Assembly: GCA_963674595.2 (NCBI GenBank)
Contig: CAXXFV010000027.1
Span: 160,001-224,000 of the forward strand
Reading direction: 5' to 3'
DNA: 64,000 nt
From: a bacterium
GTDB lineage: Bacteria > Zhuqueibacterota > Zhuqueibacteria > Residuimicrobiales > Krinioviventaceae
The notes under the pieces are model-generated. The model saw nothing but the letters and a program-made list of their open reading frames with translations, did no database searches and was not told the origin of the DNA. Shown one piece after another: positions 10,629 through 20,398 of this stretch. Position numbers and translations under genes: made by a program. Within the stretch, counting starts at the first letter, position 1, and every line of letters starts with the position of its first letter.

Positions 10629-11807
10629 ATGAAAACAATATCCCGTTTATTTATCCTCCTTTTACTCACCTGTTCTGTCTATGGACAATCAATTGATGAT
10701 TTGGGAACCGTGCTTGCCCACTCCAAAGCCGGCACAAAAATATACCTTGGTTGTCCATCAATCGTCACCTTACCGGACGGCACATTAATAGCAAGTCATA
10801 GTTTATTTGGGCCGGAATCTTCCAATGACATTGCAGATAATGTTAAAGTTTTTGTTTTTCAATCCAAAGATAGAGGAGAATCCTGGGAAAGAATTTCAGG
10901 CTTGAAAAACATTTACTGGGCCAACCTGTTTTACCATAACGACCATCTTTATATTATGGGAGCCTCCAAAGCCTACGGGGCCCTGGTCATTAAAAAAAGC
11001 AGTGACGGCGGTAAAACATGGACAGAACCGGTTGATAAAAAGCACGGACTGCTTCGCAATGATTTTGAGTACCATACCGCACCGGTCCCAGTTATAGAAA
11101 AAAACGGTCGTCTTTACCGGGCCGTTGAAGTGAGGAGTCCGGCTTATGGTTGGGGCATCAACTTTGAAACCTTGATTGTTTCCACACCTGCCGACGCAGA
11201 CCTGCTGGATGCCGATAACTGGAAAACATCGAACCGGCTGCATTTTAATCAGGAATGGACGGGCAGCGCCTGGCTGGAAGGAAACGTGGTAATCACCCCG
11301 GAAAATGAAATCGTTAATATGTTAAGAGTACATTATCTGCCTCATGGCGGACTGGCAGCCATGGTTAAATATGATGAAAAAGCAAATCGAATTTCCTTTG
11401 ATCCGGAAAAGGATTTTATCTATTTCCCCGGAGGAAGTAAAAAATTTACCATCCGTTATGATGAAAAAAGCAAACGTTACTGGACCTTGTCCAATTTTAT
11501 CAGGGATTTTGGTCACAACCCGGAGCGTACCCGAAATTGCCTCGCTCTTAGTTCGTCTCCTGACCTGTTAAACTGGACGGTTCACAAAGAAGTACTTTAT
11601 CACCCTGATGTTGAAAAACATGGATTCCAGTATGCTGATTGGCAGTTTGACGGAAACGATCTTATTACTTTGGTACGCGTTGCCTATGATGACGAATTCG
11701 GCGGCGCCGATAATCAGCATAATGCCAATTATATATTGTTTAAACGTGTTCCTGATTATAGAAATGTCGTTAAAGATACGATCGCCACTTTTTCGAATGA
11801 AAAATAA
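10629..11807 (+). CDS. Secreted sialidase-like BNR/Asp-box beta-propeller protein
   Basis: Signal peptide and Asp-boxes 'SKDRGESW', 'SSDGGKTW', 'SPDLLNW'. 'WLEGN' and 'GFQY' motifs. Confidence 0.75.
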   Translation: MKTISRLFILLLLTCSVYGQSIDDLGTVLAHSKAGTKIYLGCPSIVTLPDGTLIASHSLFGPESSNDIADNVKVFVFQSKDRGESWERISGLKNIYWANLFYHNDHLYIMGASKAYGALVIKKSSDGGKTWTEPVDKKHGLLRNDFEYHTAPVPVIEKNGRLYRAVEVRSPAYGWGINFETLIVSTPADADLLDADNWKTSNRLHFNQEWTGSAWLEGNVVITPENEIVNMLRVHYLPHGGLAAMVKYDEKANRISFDPEKDFIYFPGGSKKFTIRYDEKSKRYWTLSNFIRDFGHNPERTRNCLALSSSPDLLNWTVHKEVLYHPDVEKHGFQYADWQFDGNDLITLVRVAYDDEFGGADNQHNANYILFKRVPDYRNVVKDTIATFSNEK

Positions 11808-11884
11808 TCTATTTCATTCACTACTCTATTTTATTTAATCTTTAACCTGGGGCAGCCAAAAATTTAATATTTTTTAAAATTCAT

Positions 11885-12072
11885 CTTGCGTAGATTTTAT
11901 TTAATTCGTAATATTCTATTGTCAGGCGTAACAGGTTGTTTTCAGAATGGTTGGGAAATTGTGGGATATTTCGAAAAAAACCTGACTGACTTTCCATTTT
12001 TTAAATACGGGATTGACGGTATAAACGAAGAGATTGCATTGGATTCATTGCCATATTGCTGTTGGTTTACAC
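11885..12072 (+). repeat. Copy A of a duplicated promoter-plus-structured-leader element
   Basis: Aligns block by block with 19802-19993. Contains TTGCGT-N17-TAATAT and a long hairpin at 11921-11990. Confidence 0.75.
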
Positions 12073-12208
12073 GTCTGATTATATAATTTATAAACATTCT
12101 TTTAATAAATTTGGGTTTTTGTATTTATAGCGGTTGCTGATTTTTGTCAAATTGTATTAGAGGACATTGTTGTAAAATCTAAAAATTTTGAGCGATAAAG
12201 GAAATACT

Positions 12209-14230
12209 ATGAAAACAAAAATATTTATTCTTTCCATCTTTTTCTCAATAATATTGGGAAATAGTGTTGTTTATTGTTTTAGAAATCCGATTCAAATTGC
12301 AACCTCAAATTTAAAGGGCGCTACATATTATACAAATAACCGATTCATTGCACGAACATCGGATGATCGTTTGGTTGTTATTTATACCGACAAATTTGAC
12401 TCACAATATCAAATTTACTGGACATATAGCGATCATGGCTTTTCCTGGGCACCTCCTCAACTGCTTGCTGATGGAGATAATTGTGGTTTAACAATAGACG
12501 AAAATGATAATATATACCTCATTTACACCAATGATGAAAATGTGATATTCTTTTCAGTCCTTGAAAATGGAAAAAACATGTGGAATGAACCCATTAATGC
12601 AAAAACGATAGACGGCGATATAATCAAAGGTGAAGTGTCTGCCATCGAAGTAAGCGATTCTAATCTTATTCTTCTATATCTAAATAATGGATTATATTAT
12701 CATTCTTTTGCCCTGCCCTCATTATGTCCCACAAGTAATGCTGAACTAATAACTACTAAACCGACTGGTAAATTTTCAATTGCCGCTGATATCAGATTTA
12801 AAAAAGGCCCAATACATATCATGTGGGCTTCTGGTGATCTCTATTATTGTAACATAAACAATAACTCCGGCTCTAACTGGAATCTGTCATTTGATCCTGT
12901 CAGCATTAATGGATTTACTATAAGGTATTGGTCGCATGATTTTTATGAATTTATTAGTCCAAAAAGACCTTCAATGTCTGTTGATAATGATAACCATAAT
13001 GGCAATGAATATTATATTTCTTATGCCTTTGGTGACGAGAATAGGCTTGTAACCGGATTTATTTCAGCAAACAATAATAATGCTTCATTTCGTTATTTTG
13101 ATTTCTACGAAACTGAAAATGAACAGATCTTTCCATGCGTGGATGATGTGGTAAATATAGATCAATCTTGCGCTTTGGTTTGGAATGGTGATGTTGATAA
13201 AAATATTTATTATGCACAAATGGAAGCAGCATATTTAGGGACACTCCCTCCAATTCCGGTTTCAGATGATAATGACAGCTATAAATCTCATCCCAATGTT
13301 TGTTATCGCACATTTCGGGCTGATTATTTTGATGTTATTTGGACGGAAGGAAATGCTCCGCCATACAAAGTTATGTTTAGACGAATGGGCAAGAGATCTA
13401 ATCGACTACCACAGAACCTTACCATAGAAAAAAAAAGCTTTTACTATATTCCTTACCAAAAGTACTGGAATGTTTCATCGATTGCAGCGGGAGGCAAACA
13501 TCCATACAATTGGGAGGTCCTTTCAGGTTTTTTACCACCCGGTTTAACAATTGAAGAGGAGGATTGTATTAAAGGGACACCTACAAAATCAGGAAACTAT
13601 AACTGTCTTGTTAAAGTAACAGATTCAACAATTCCGGCCGATTCAGATTCGAAAAACTTTTATTTTAATATAATCAATCATGCGCCAGAGATTACCTCGC
13701 CTGATACAGTATATGTTAAAATTGACAGCCTTTTGCAATATCAACCCACAGCAGATGATATGGAGGAAAATTCCATACAATGGCATTTTAGTGAATATCC
13801 AGTCTGGATGACGGCTGATTCATCCCGGATACAGGGCATTGTCCCCTCTGACTTTGAGGATGCGTCCTTTATTATTACAGCGTCTGACGGTGAGCTGGCA
13901 GATACCCTGCGTGTTTACGTCAAGTTATTTAACAGCACCTCTGTGGATGGAAACAGTGGCATCCCCTTAAAATTCACTCTTTACCAGAACTATCCAAATC
14001 CTTTTAATCCGGCGACAATAATAAAATACAGGTTGGCTAAAGCAAATAAAGTAACATTAAAAATATTTAATCTTTGTGGTCAGGAAGAAGAAACACTGGT
14101 AGATGATTTTCAATCAGCAGGTGAGCATACCTTATATTGGCAGCCAAAAAATTTAACCAGCGGCTTGTATTTTTACAGATTATATGCTGGCGAATTTTCA
14201 GCAACAAAGAAATTAATTTTACTAAAATAA
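12209..14230 (+). CDS. Secreted protein with propeller-like N-terminus, Ig-like repeats and secretion-system C-terminal sorting domain
   Basis: Signal peptide. Ig-like 'GG..PYNW....G.LPPGL...I.GTP'. C-terminal 'LYQNYPNPFNP...TKKLILLK'. Start at ATG 12209 after AAAGG. Confidence 0.8.
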   Translation: MKTKIFILSIFFSIILGNSVVYCFRNPIQIATSNLKGATYYTNNRFIARTSDDRLVVIYTDKFDSQYQIYWTYSDHGFSWAPPQLLADGDNCGLTIDENDNIYLIYTNDENVIFFSVLENGKNMWNEPINAKTIDGDIIKGEVSAIEVSDSNLILLYLNNGLYYHSFALPSLCPTSNAELITTKPTGKFSIAADIRFKKGPIHIMWASGDLYYCNINNNSGSNWNLSFDPVSINGFTIRYWSHDFYEFISPKRPSMSVDNDNHNGNEYYISYAFGDENRLVTGFISANNNNASFRYFDFYETENEQIFPCVDDVVNIDQSCALVWNGDVDKNIYYAQMEAAYLGTLPPIPVSDDNDSYKSHPNVCYRTFRADYFDVIWTEGNAPPYKVMFRRMGKRSNRLPQNLTIEKKSFYYIPYQKYWNVSSIAAGGKHPYNWEVLSGFLPPGLTIEEEDCIKGTPTKSGNYNCLVKVTDSTIPADSDSKNFYFNIINHAPEITSPDTVYVKIDSLLQYQPTADDMEENSIQWHFSEYPVWMTADSSRIQGIVPSDFEDASFIITASDGELADTLRVYVKLFNSTSVDGNSGIPLKFTLYQNYPNPFNPATIIKYRLAKANKVTLKIFNLCGQEEETLVDDFQSAGEHTLYWQPKNLTSGLYFYRLYAGEFSATKKLILLK

Positions 14231-14624
14231 CTTTTGTAACTTATGCTGCCTGTTTGTCGTACTTTTGGTGGATTAAACCCGTTGTAAAAAAGAAAATTTT
14301 TGTAATAGCAAATAATAATTTTACAATGCTATTACATAATAACTGAATAGAAATACCAGGCCCCTTTTTTACCACTCAGGGAATTGTTCCTGCTCAGTGT
14401 TAAATATGGTCTACAGAATTTAAAAGCTGTTTTAAGACCAGTTGTGAATTTACAGACTCACTGAAAACTTTAGATTGGTTTTCTATTTTAATCAGGAGTA
14501 GAATTGTTATATTCAGCAGAATTTGAAATTAATCCATATACTTCAAAAAATCCAAAAACGCTTATTACAACCAGTTTGTTTAAACTTGATAAAAATATTT
14601 CTTAAACCATAAAAAGAGTCTTAT

Positions 14625-15320
14625 ATGAGTACACAATCAAATACTAATAGTTTAAAAGATAACACCCCGATTGGTTTATTTACAAAACAGCACGCCAAAA
14701 TCGGTAAAATAACAGCGTGGTCTACTTCAATACTCATCATTATATATTTTATTACACTCATTCTCGGACTGTTGTCGCTATCTTCTCCTCAGGATCCAAT
14801 CGGAAATCCATATTTTACCATACTGGAACTAATCATTCTTTTACTTGCTCCTCTTATGGTCATAACAATGGTCGTCGTTCATCTTTATGCGTCTAACGAG
14901 AAAAAATTATACTCTTTAACAGCACTTGTATTTATATCAATAATGGCATGCATTACTTCCGGTTTACATTTTGTTGTTTTAACAATAAGCCGGTATCAAG
15001 AGTTTACAAGTCTTGTCTGGACTCCCCTATTTTTCTCATTTAATTGGCCCTCCGTTGTATATACGCTGGACATTCTTGCCTGGGATATTTTCTATTCTCT
15101 TTCAATGTTATTTGCAGCAGCCGTGTTTGCTGAAAAAGGATTGGAGAGGATTATACGAATTTTTCTGATTACAAGCGGTGTGCTTTCATTAATCGGAATT
15201 ATCGGCATCCCGTTAAACAATATGCAAGTTCGAAATATCGGTATAATCGGATATACTGTTTTTGCCATTATTGTCTTTTTTCTATTTGGACTGGCTTTTA
15301 ACCGCAAGGTGCGTAAGTAG
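14625..15320 (+). CDS. Hypothetical polytopic membrane protein
   Basis: 231 aa with about 6 hydrophobic segments. No family recognised. Confidence 0.7.
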   Translation: MSTQSNTNSLKDNTPIGLFTKQHAKIGKITAWSTSILIIIYFITLILGLLSLSSPQDPIGNPYFTILELIILLLAPLMVITMVVVHLYASNEKKLYSLTALVFISIMACITSGLHFVVLTISRYQEFTSLVWTPLFFSFNWPSVVYTLDILAWDIFYSLSMLFAAAVFAEKGLERIIRIFLITSGVLSLIGIIGIPLNNMQVRNIGIIGYTVFAIIVFFLFGLAFNRKVRK

Positions 15321-15345
15321 AAAACTGATTTGATTTTGAGAGTGA

Positions 15346-16287
15346 ATGAAAGAGATGAGCGTATTTACAAAATTAGCAACGACGGTTTCATTACTATGTG
15401 TTTTATGGATACAACCCCTGTATTCAAATTCTATTAAAGCCGATCTTTCTGCTGATTCTACCAAGCAAAACAATCAACACTTTTACAAAGCAATGGGATA
15501 TACATCCGCTTATTATACAGGATCATTATTTATTTTGAGTAAAACCTGGTATAATGACAAAGACAGGGTATCATTTCATTTTTATAATGATAACAGAGGT
15601 TACCTGCAGGTTGACAAATGCGGTCACACTTTTGGCGCCTATGTTTATAGCTATTTAGGTTATCACTATTTAGTACATTCAGGTGCCTCAAAAAAGGACG
15701 CATTATTATATGGAGCGACCCTTGGGCTCATTCTCCAAACACCCATAGAAATTATGGACGGCTCTTATGAAGGTTACGGATTTTCATGGGGCGACATGGC
15801 TGCCAATACATTAGGATCGGTTTTGGTATTTGGGCAGGAACTATTGTTTAAAGAACAATTGCTTAAATATAAATTCAGCTATTGGGAGTCGAGTTATTCT
15901 CAAAATGCAAACGGGTACCTTGGCACCACAACTTTTGATCGTATTCTCAATGATTATAATGGTCACACATATTGGTTGTCATTTCCTGTTTGCAAAGTTG
16001 TTAACGTGAATAATATCCCCAAATGGTTAAATATCGCTGTTGGGTATGGTGCAAATGGCATGTATGGTGAATTTGAAAATATTAATGAATACAATGGAGT
16101 TGCTATTCCCGAGACAACAAGATACAGACAATATCTTTTGTCTCTTGATGTTGATTGGACAAAAATTCAAACAAATTCAAAAATTTTAAATTTCATTTTA
16201 AAAAGTATGACATTTATAAAACTACCTTTTCCTGCTTTCGAGTATAATTCCAAAGGTGAGTTTAAAGGATATTGGTTATATTACTAA
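15346..16287 (+). CDS. DUF2279/YfiM-like exported protein
   Basis: 'FHFYND...LQVDK.GH', 'EIMDG...YGFSWGDMAAN.LG', 'DYNGHTYWLS' and 'RYRQYLLSLDVDW' motifs. Confidence 0.75.
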   Translation: MKEMSVFTKLATTVSLLCVLWIQPLYSNSIKADLSADSTKQNNQHFYKAMGYTSAYYTGSLFILSKTWYNDKDRVSFHFYNDNRGYLQVDKCGHTFGAYVYSYLGYHYLVHSGASKKDALLYGATLGLILQTPIEIMDGSYEGYGFSWGDMAANTLGSVLVFGQELLFKEQLLKYKFSYWESSYSQNANGYLGTTTFDRILNDYNGHTYWLSFPVCKVVNVNNIPKWLNIAVGYGANGMYGEFENINEYNGVAIPETTRYRQYLLSLDVDWTKIQTNSKILNFILKSMTFIKLPFPAFEYNSKGEFKGYWLYY

Positions 16288-16343
16288 TACAACAAACATC
16301 TTTTAAATTGATAAAAAATCAATAGATACAATTAGAGATATTT

Positions 16344-16946
16344 ATGACAAACGAAATAACCCTTCCTCTACCTCAAACAGACCTTGATTTTCCGTTAATG
16401 AAAGCGTTGGCAAATCGTCGTACAAAAAGAAAATGGGGAAATGGTCAACTTTCTGATCAGGAACTTTCCAATCTTTTATGGGCTGCCTGCGGAGTTACAC
16501 TGGAAGAGACAAAAAAAAGTAAAAGCAGAAGAACGGCCCCGTCTGCCTGTAACTCGCAGGAAATTAAAATATACCTGGCTATGGATAAAGGTGTTTACCT
16601 TTACGATGAAAGAGATCACAAGCTGGTACAGGTCCTTGCAAAAGATATTAGAAAAAACATCGGCACCCAAAAAATGATGCAAAATGCCCCCATCGGATTG
16701 ATTTATGTTTCTGATTATTTGAAAATGAAAACATTTTTATTCAAAGATGATAATCGAAAATGGTTTGTTTCAGCAACAGATACCGGATTTATCAGTCAAA
16801 ATGTTTACCTGTATTGTGCAGCGGCAAAACTGAATACAGCTATTCTCAGTTTGGTGGACAGAAACAATCTGCATGAAATTATGGGGTTAAAAGATAATGA
16901 AAAAATTGTTTATACGCAGGTTGTGGGGAAATCAACAGATAGTTGA
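16344..16946 (+). CDS. SagB/ThcOx-type nitroreductase family protein
   Basis: 'PLMKAL.NRRT.R', 'LSNLLWAACG', 'RTAPSACNSQEI' and 'DTGFISQNVYLYCA' motifs. Confidence 0.85.
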   Translation: MTNEITLPLPQTDLDFPLMKALANRRTKRKWGNGQLSDQELSNLLWAACGVTLEETKKSKSRRTAPSACNSQEIKIYLAMDKGVYLYDERDHKLVQVLAKDIRKNIGTQKMMQNAPIGLIYVSDYLKMKTFLFKDDNRKWFVSATDTGFISQNVYLYCAAAKLNTAILSLVDRNNLHEIMGLKDNEKIVYTQVVGKSTDS

Positions 16947-17127
16947 ATATATTATACCACAAATAAAATGGGAGTTAATCATTCCGGGGAATGGTTATAA
17001 GAACTATTATAACCTATTTTTTTATAGAATTTTAAATATATATTTTTTATTATATTATTAATTCATATTGAAAAGACACTGAATATGTTTTTTAGTTACT
17101 CAGAAATATAAAAATTACAGCTTAATT

Positions 17128-17745
17128 ATGACAGATTATTTGACTTTTACCTTATCCGTTTTTACAGGCTTTTTTGCCATTATGAACCCGATTGCCAACA
17201 TTCCCATTTTTTTATCGTTTGTTCAAGAGGCTGATATTCAAACAAAGGATGTTATTAACAAAAGGGCAACAATAACCGCTTTTTTAATTGTTTTAACATT
17301 CGTATTGCTCGGCAAGTTTATATTTGAGTTATTCGGCATTACCATACCGGCTTTTAAAATAACGGGTGGGATTTTAGTATTTTATGTTGGTTTTGAAATG
17401 CTTCAATCCAAAAAGTCTAACATCGTACATCTCAAAAAATCAAAAATAGATAAAGATATTGCCATATCTCCTTTAGCCATTCCTATATTAGCCGGACCGG
17501 GAACAATTGTAACAGCTATGAATTTTGTAACAAATTCCAATTACATTCACATTTCCATAGTCATTGTGGTTTTTGCGCTTATGTGCTATTTAACTTATCT
17601 GGCTTTTCATTTGAGCGAATATTTTGTTGAAAAAATAGGACATAACATAATCAAAGTTATTGGAAAGTTAATGGGCCTTATTCTGGCAATCATCGGAACG
17701 GATATGATCATTCAGGGTATAAAACTCTCTTTTAATCTAAATTAG
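17128..17745 (+). CDS. MarC family membrane protein
   Basis: 'FAIMNPI.NIPIF', 'FGITIPAFKITGG' and 'PLAIPILAGPGTI' motifs. Confidence 0.92.
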   Translation: MTDYLTFTLSVFTGFFAIMNPIANIPIFLSFVQEADIQTKDVINKRATITAFLIVLTFVLLGKFIFELFGITIPAFKITGGILVFYVGFEMLQSKKSNIVHLKKSKIDKDIAISPLAIPILAGPGTIVTAMNFVTNSNYIHISIVIVVFALMCYLTYLAFHLSEYFVEKIGHNIIKVIGKLMGLILAIIGTDMIIQGIKLSFNLN

Positions 17746-17767
17746 CAAGTTGGAAAGAGTTTAATTT

Positions 17768-19117
17768 ATGGTGAAAAGTACAACTACAAACAATAGACAC
17801 AAACTGATTACCGATGAAAATTTGAAAAACATAGGACTTTTGTTATATGCCCTGTTAATAGGGATTATTGCAGGAGCGGTTGGCGGATTTTTTAGAAACA
17901 TGCTTGGTTATGTAGAAGGATTCAGAGAAAATTTATATAACAATGCAGGACATTCCGGATTTTTTAGTTGGTTATGGCCGTTTTTATTTGCAATTATCGG
18001 CATCAGCATTTCATTATATTTGGTTAAGCGATTTGCACCGGAAACATCAGGAAGCGGTGTTCAGGAAATTGAAGGCGCACTGGATGGCAAGAGACCCATG
18101 CGCTGGAAAAGAGTCCTGCCGGTAAAATTTATCGCTTCTATTTTTTCCCTGGGCAGCGGATTATTATTAGGACGCGAAGGACCAACCATTCAATTGGGCG
18201 CTAATATAGGGCAAATGGTTAAGGACACATTGGGCCATCCGGACACCAAAAACAATCCCCTGGTTTCTGCAGGCGCGGCTGCCGGTCTTGCCAGTGCTTT
18301 TAATGCCCCTTTCGCAGGGATCATTTTTGTTATTGAAGAAATGCACGGTCATTTTAGATTTAATTTTTATTCAGTGGCTGCCATAATGATTGGCGCCGGA
18401 TCATCCGATTTTGTTGTGCGGGCCTTTTTCGACCCAAATCCGGTTATAAAAATGACTGTCTTTCCATCTCCGCATATTTTCAGCTTGTGGTTGTTTATTA
18501 TATTAGGTTTAATATTTAGCGTCCTGGGATATTTTTTCAATAAACTGCTCATTCTGTCTCTGGATTGTTTTAAAATCTTTTCAAAATCACCGGTTCTTTT
18601 TTTAGGTTCATTCGTCGGATTAACCATTGCGGTAGTTGGAATTTTTTCCTCGGAAATGATCGGTGGTGGATATGAGACAATTACTAAAGTTCTTGACAAT
18701 TCCTATGCAATGTTATTTTTGCTGATTCTTTTTTCAATAAGAATGCTATTATCAATTTTTAGTTATGCAACAGGTGTATCCGGCGGAATCTTTATACCAA
18801 TGCTTACGCTCGGTGTCATTTTAGGTATGTTTTTTGGAAACATTGCACAAATTTATTTCCCAGCTTTAATTTCGCATCCGGGTGTTTTTGCTGTGGCGGG
18901 GATGGCTGGGATATTTGCATCAACTGTCAGGGCGCCGCTTACAGGGTTGGTCCTGGCTATTGAAATGACATCAAATTTTGAATTGGTATTACCTTTAATT
19001 GTTACCACTGTTACGGCATCGGTATGTACAGCTTTATTGGGTAATAAGCCGATTTACACAACTTTATTAGACCGTACTTTGCAAAACGCTAAAAATAGCG
19101 AGGATTCCAACAGGTAA
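17768..19117 (+). CDS. clcA: H+/Cl- exchange transporter (ClC family)
   Basis: GSGVQE, GREGPT (gating Glu), 'AFNAP...FVIEEM', GGIFIP and 'PIY' motifs. Confidence 0.9.
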   Translation: MVKSTTTNNRHKLITDENLKNIGLLLYALLIGIIAGAVGGFFRNMLGYVEGFRENLYNNAGHSGFFSWLWPFLFAIIGISISLYLVKRFAPETSGSGVQEIEGALDGKRPMRWKRVLPVKFIASIFSLGSGLLLGREGPTIQLGANIGQMVKDTLGHPDTKNNPLVSAGAAAGLASAFNAPFAGIIFVIEEMHGHFRFNFYSVAAIMIGAGSSDFVVRAFFDPNPVIKMTVFPSPHIFSLWLFIILGLIFSVLGYFFNKLLILSLDCFKIFSKSPVLFLGSFVGLTIAVVGIFSSEMIGGGYETITKVLDNSYAMLFLLILFSIRMLLSIFSYATGVSGGIFIPMLTLGVILGMFFGNIAQIYFPALISHPGVFAVAGMAGIFASTVRAPLTGLVLAIEMTSNFELVLPLIVTTVTASVCTALLGNKPIYTTLLDRTLQNAKNSEDSNR

Positions 19118-19219
19118 TATAAAATCGTTAATCTGTAATTATGATTCTTTTCTTTTAGTGGAATATAATTCTACAGTATTTTCAATAATCACATATTTTA
19201 CTTTATTTGGAACTGGTTA

Positions 19220-19717
19220 ATGGGTAAAATAGAACTGGAAGTAAAAAGTCCGGCATTTCAGGAAGGCGATTGGATTCCGAAAAAACATTCGGCACGAGGC
19301 GAGGATATTTCTCCCTGTCTCAAATTAGAAGGGATATCCCAAGATGCAAAATCAATTGCCATTACAATGGATGATGCATCGCATCCTTTGTTCCCGGATT
19401 ACAATCACTGGTTAATTTGGAATGTTCCCGTCCAAAACAATATTCCGGAAGCAATTCCTCCCGGTAAAGTTGTAGAAAACCTGGATGGCGCTATACAGGG
19501 AAGGGCCTATGGAAGAAACCGTTATAAAGGTCCCAAACCGCCTTTTAAAGTTATTCACACCTATGTATTTACCGTATTCATTCTTGACTGTAAACTGGAT
19601 TTGTCCCCTAAATGCAAAAAATCTGATCTGTTTGAAAAAATGCAAGGACATATTTTACAAAAGGGTACACTGTCCGGCAAGTTTCAGAGCAGAAGAAAAG
19701 AGAATGACGAATTATAA
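19220..19717 (+). CDS. YbhB/YbcL (PEBP, Raf-kinase-inhibitor-like) protein
   Basis: 'SPAF.EG..IP', 'GEDISP', 'HWLIWN' and 'YKGPKPP...H.YVF' motifs. Confidence 0.88.
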   Translation: MGKIELEVKSPAFQEGDWIPKKHSARGEDISPCLKLEGISQDAKSIAITMDDASHPLFPDYNHWLIWNVPVQNNIPEAIPPGKVVENLDGAIQGRAYGRNRYKGPKPPFKVIHTYVFTVFILDCKLDLSPKCKKSDLFEKMQGHILQKGTLSGKFQSRRKENDEL

Positions 19718-19801
19718 ATAATTTATTAAAAGCAATAGTTGCTTCCCTCCTGCTGTTCCAGTTTGCCTGCTGAAATATATCACAATTTATTTTAAAAAAA
19801 C

Positions 19802-19993
19802 CTTGCACTGATTTTATTTAATTTGTAATATTAAAATGTCAGTGCTAACGAATTGTTTTCAGAACGGTTGGGAGTATGCGGGCGATTCTGAAATCTGTTT
19901 TTGCTGATTTTCCATCTTAAAAATATGGGCACCAAACAAACACGAGGAAGAGATTGAACCGGGACGTAAATCACATTCCTGTTGTTAATCCAC
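19802..19993 (+). repeat. Copy B of the duplicated promoter-plus-structured-leader element
   Basis: TTGCAC-N17-TAATAT, hairpin at 19838-19908, and conserved blocks shared with 11885-12072. Confidence 0.75.
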
Positions 19994-20083
19994 CAAACCT
20001 TATTTGGCTGGGAAAAGTACGTTCTGTTGTGGGAAAAATTCCAGTTAATTAAATCTGTTTTTATCTATTTCGGGAGACATGAC

Positions 20084-20335
20084 ATGGAAAGCAAAAAGAC
20101 AACAAACCTGTTACTTTTAATCATTACTGTTTGTTTAATCCTCATCACAGGTAAGTTATATAATGTCCCTTTAACATCAGATGCCAATGCACAAAACAGT
20201 ACGATGAATGTAAAAGTTGAAAACTTTGAAGAGTTAGAGTGGAAAATAAGATACCAATTAATGGCGATATTTAATTTAAGTCTAACTAAAAAATCATTAG
20301 ATGTAAACGTGCTTAATATAGATGATTTAAAATAA
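20084..20335 (+). CDS. Small exported or membrane-anchored hypothetical protein (83 aa)
   Basis: GGAG RBS, ATG 20084, N-terminal hydrophobic helix and 'ANAQ' cleavage-like site. Confidence 0.65.
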   Translation: MESKKTTNLLLLIITVCLILITGKLYNVPLTSDANAQNSTMNVKVENFEELEWKIRYQLMAIFNLSLTKKSLDVNVLNIDDLK

Positions 20336-20398
20336 AAGAATAAAGTTTCTAAAAACTTTCAAACTATGTTACCATCCTGTTCATACTCAGAGGTGCCT

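Noticed and set aside
11886-12086. 66-aa ORF inside leader copy A
   Set aside because: Its start is the -35 box, it has no RBS, and the matching frame in copy B has indels and stops. A few synonymous-looking changes (CFQNGWE) keep a decayed peptide gene as a minor alternative.
19803-19848. CIRCE-like TTGCACTG...CAGTGCTAA
   Set aside because: The spacer is far longer than 9 nt, the arms are imperfect and the pattern is absent from copy A.
11921-19908. Leader hairpins as integron attC sites (TAAC present)
   Set aside because: No matching GTTRRRY core closes the stems, the copies follow promoters rather than gene ends, and there is no integrase.
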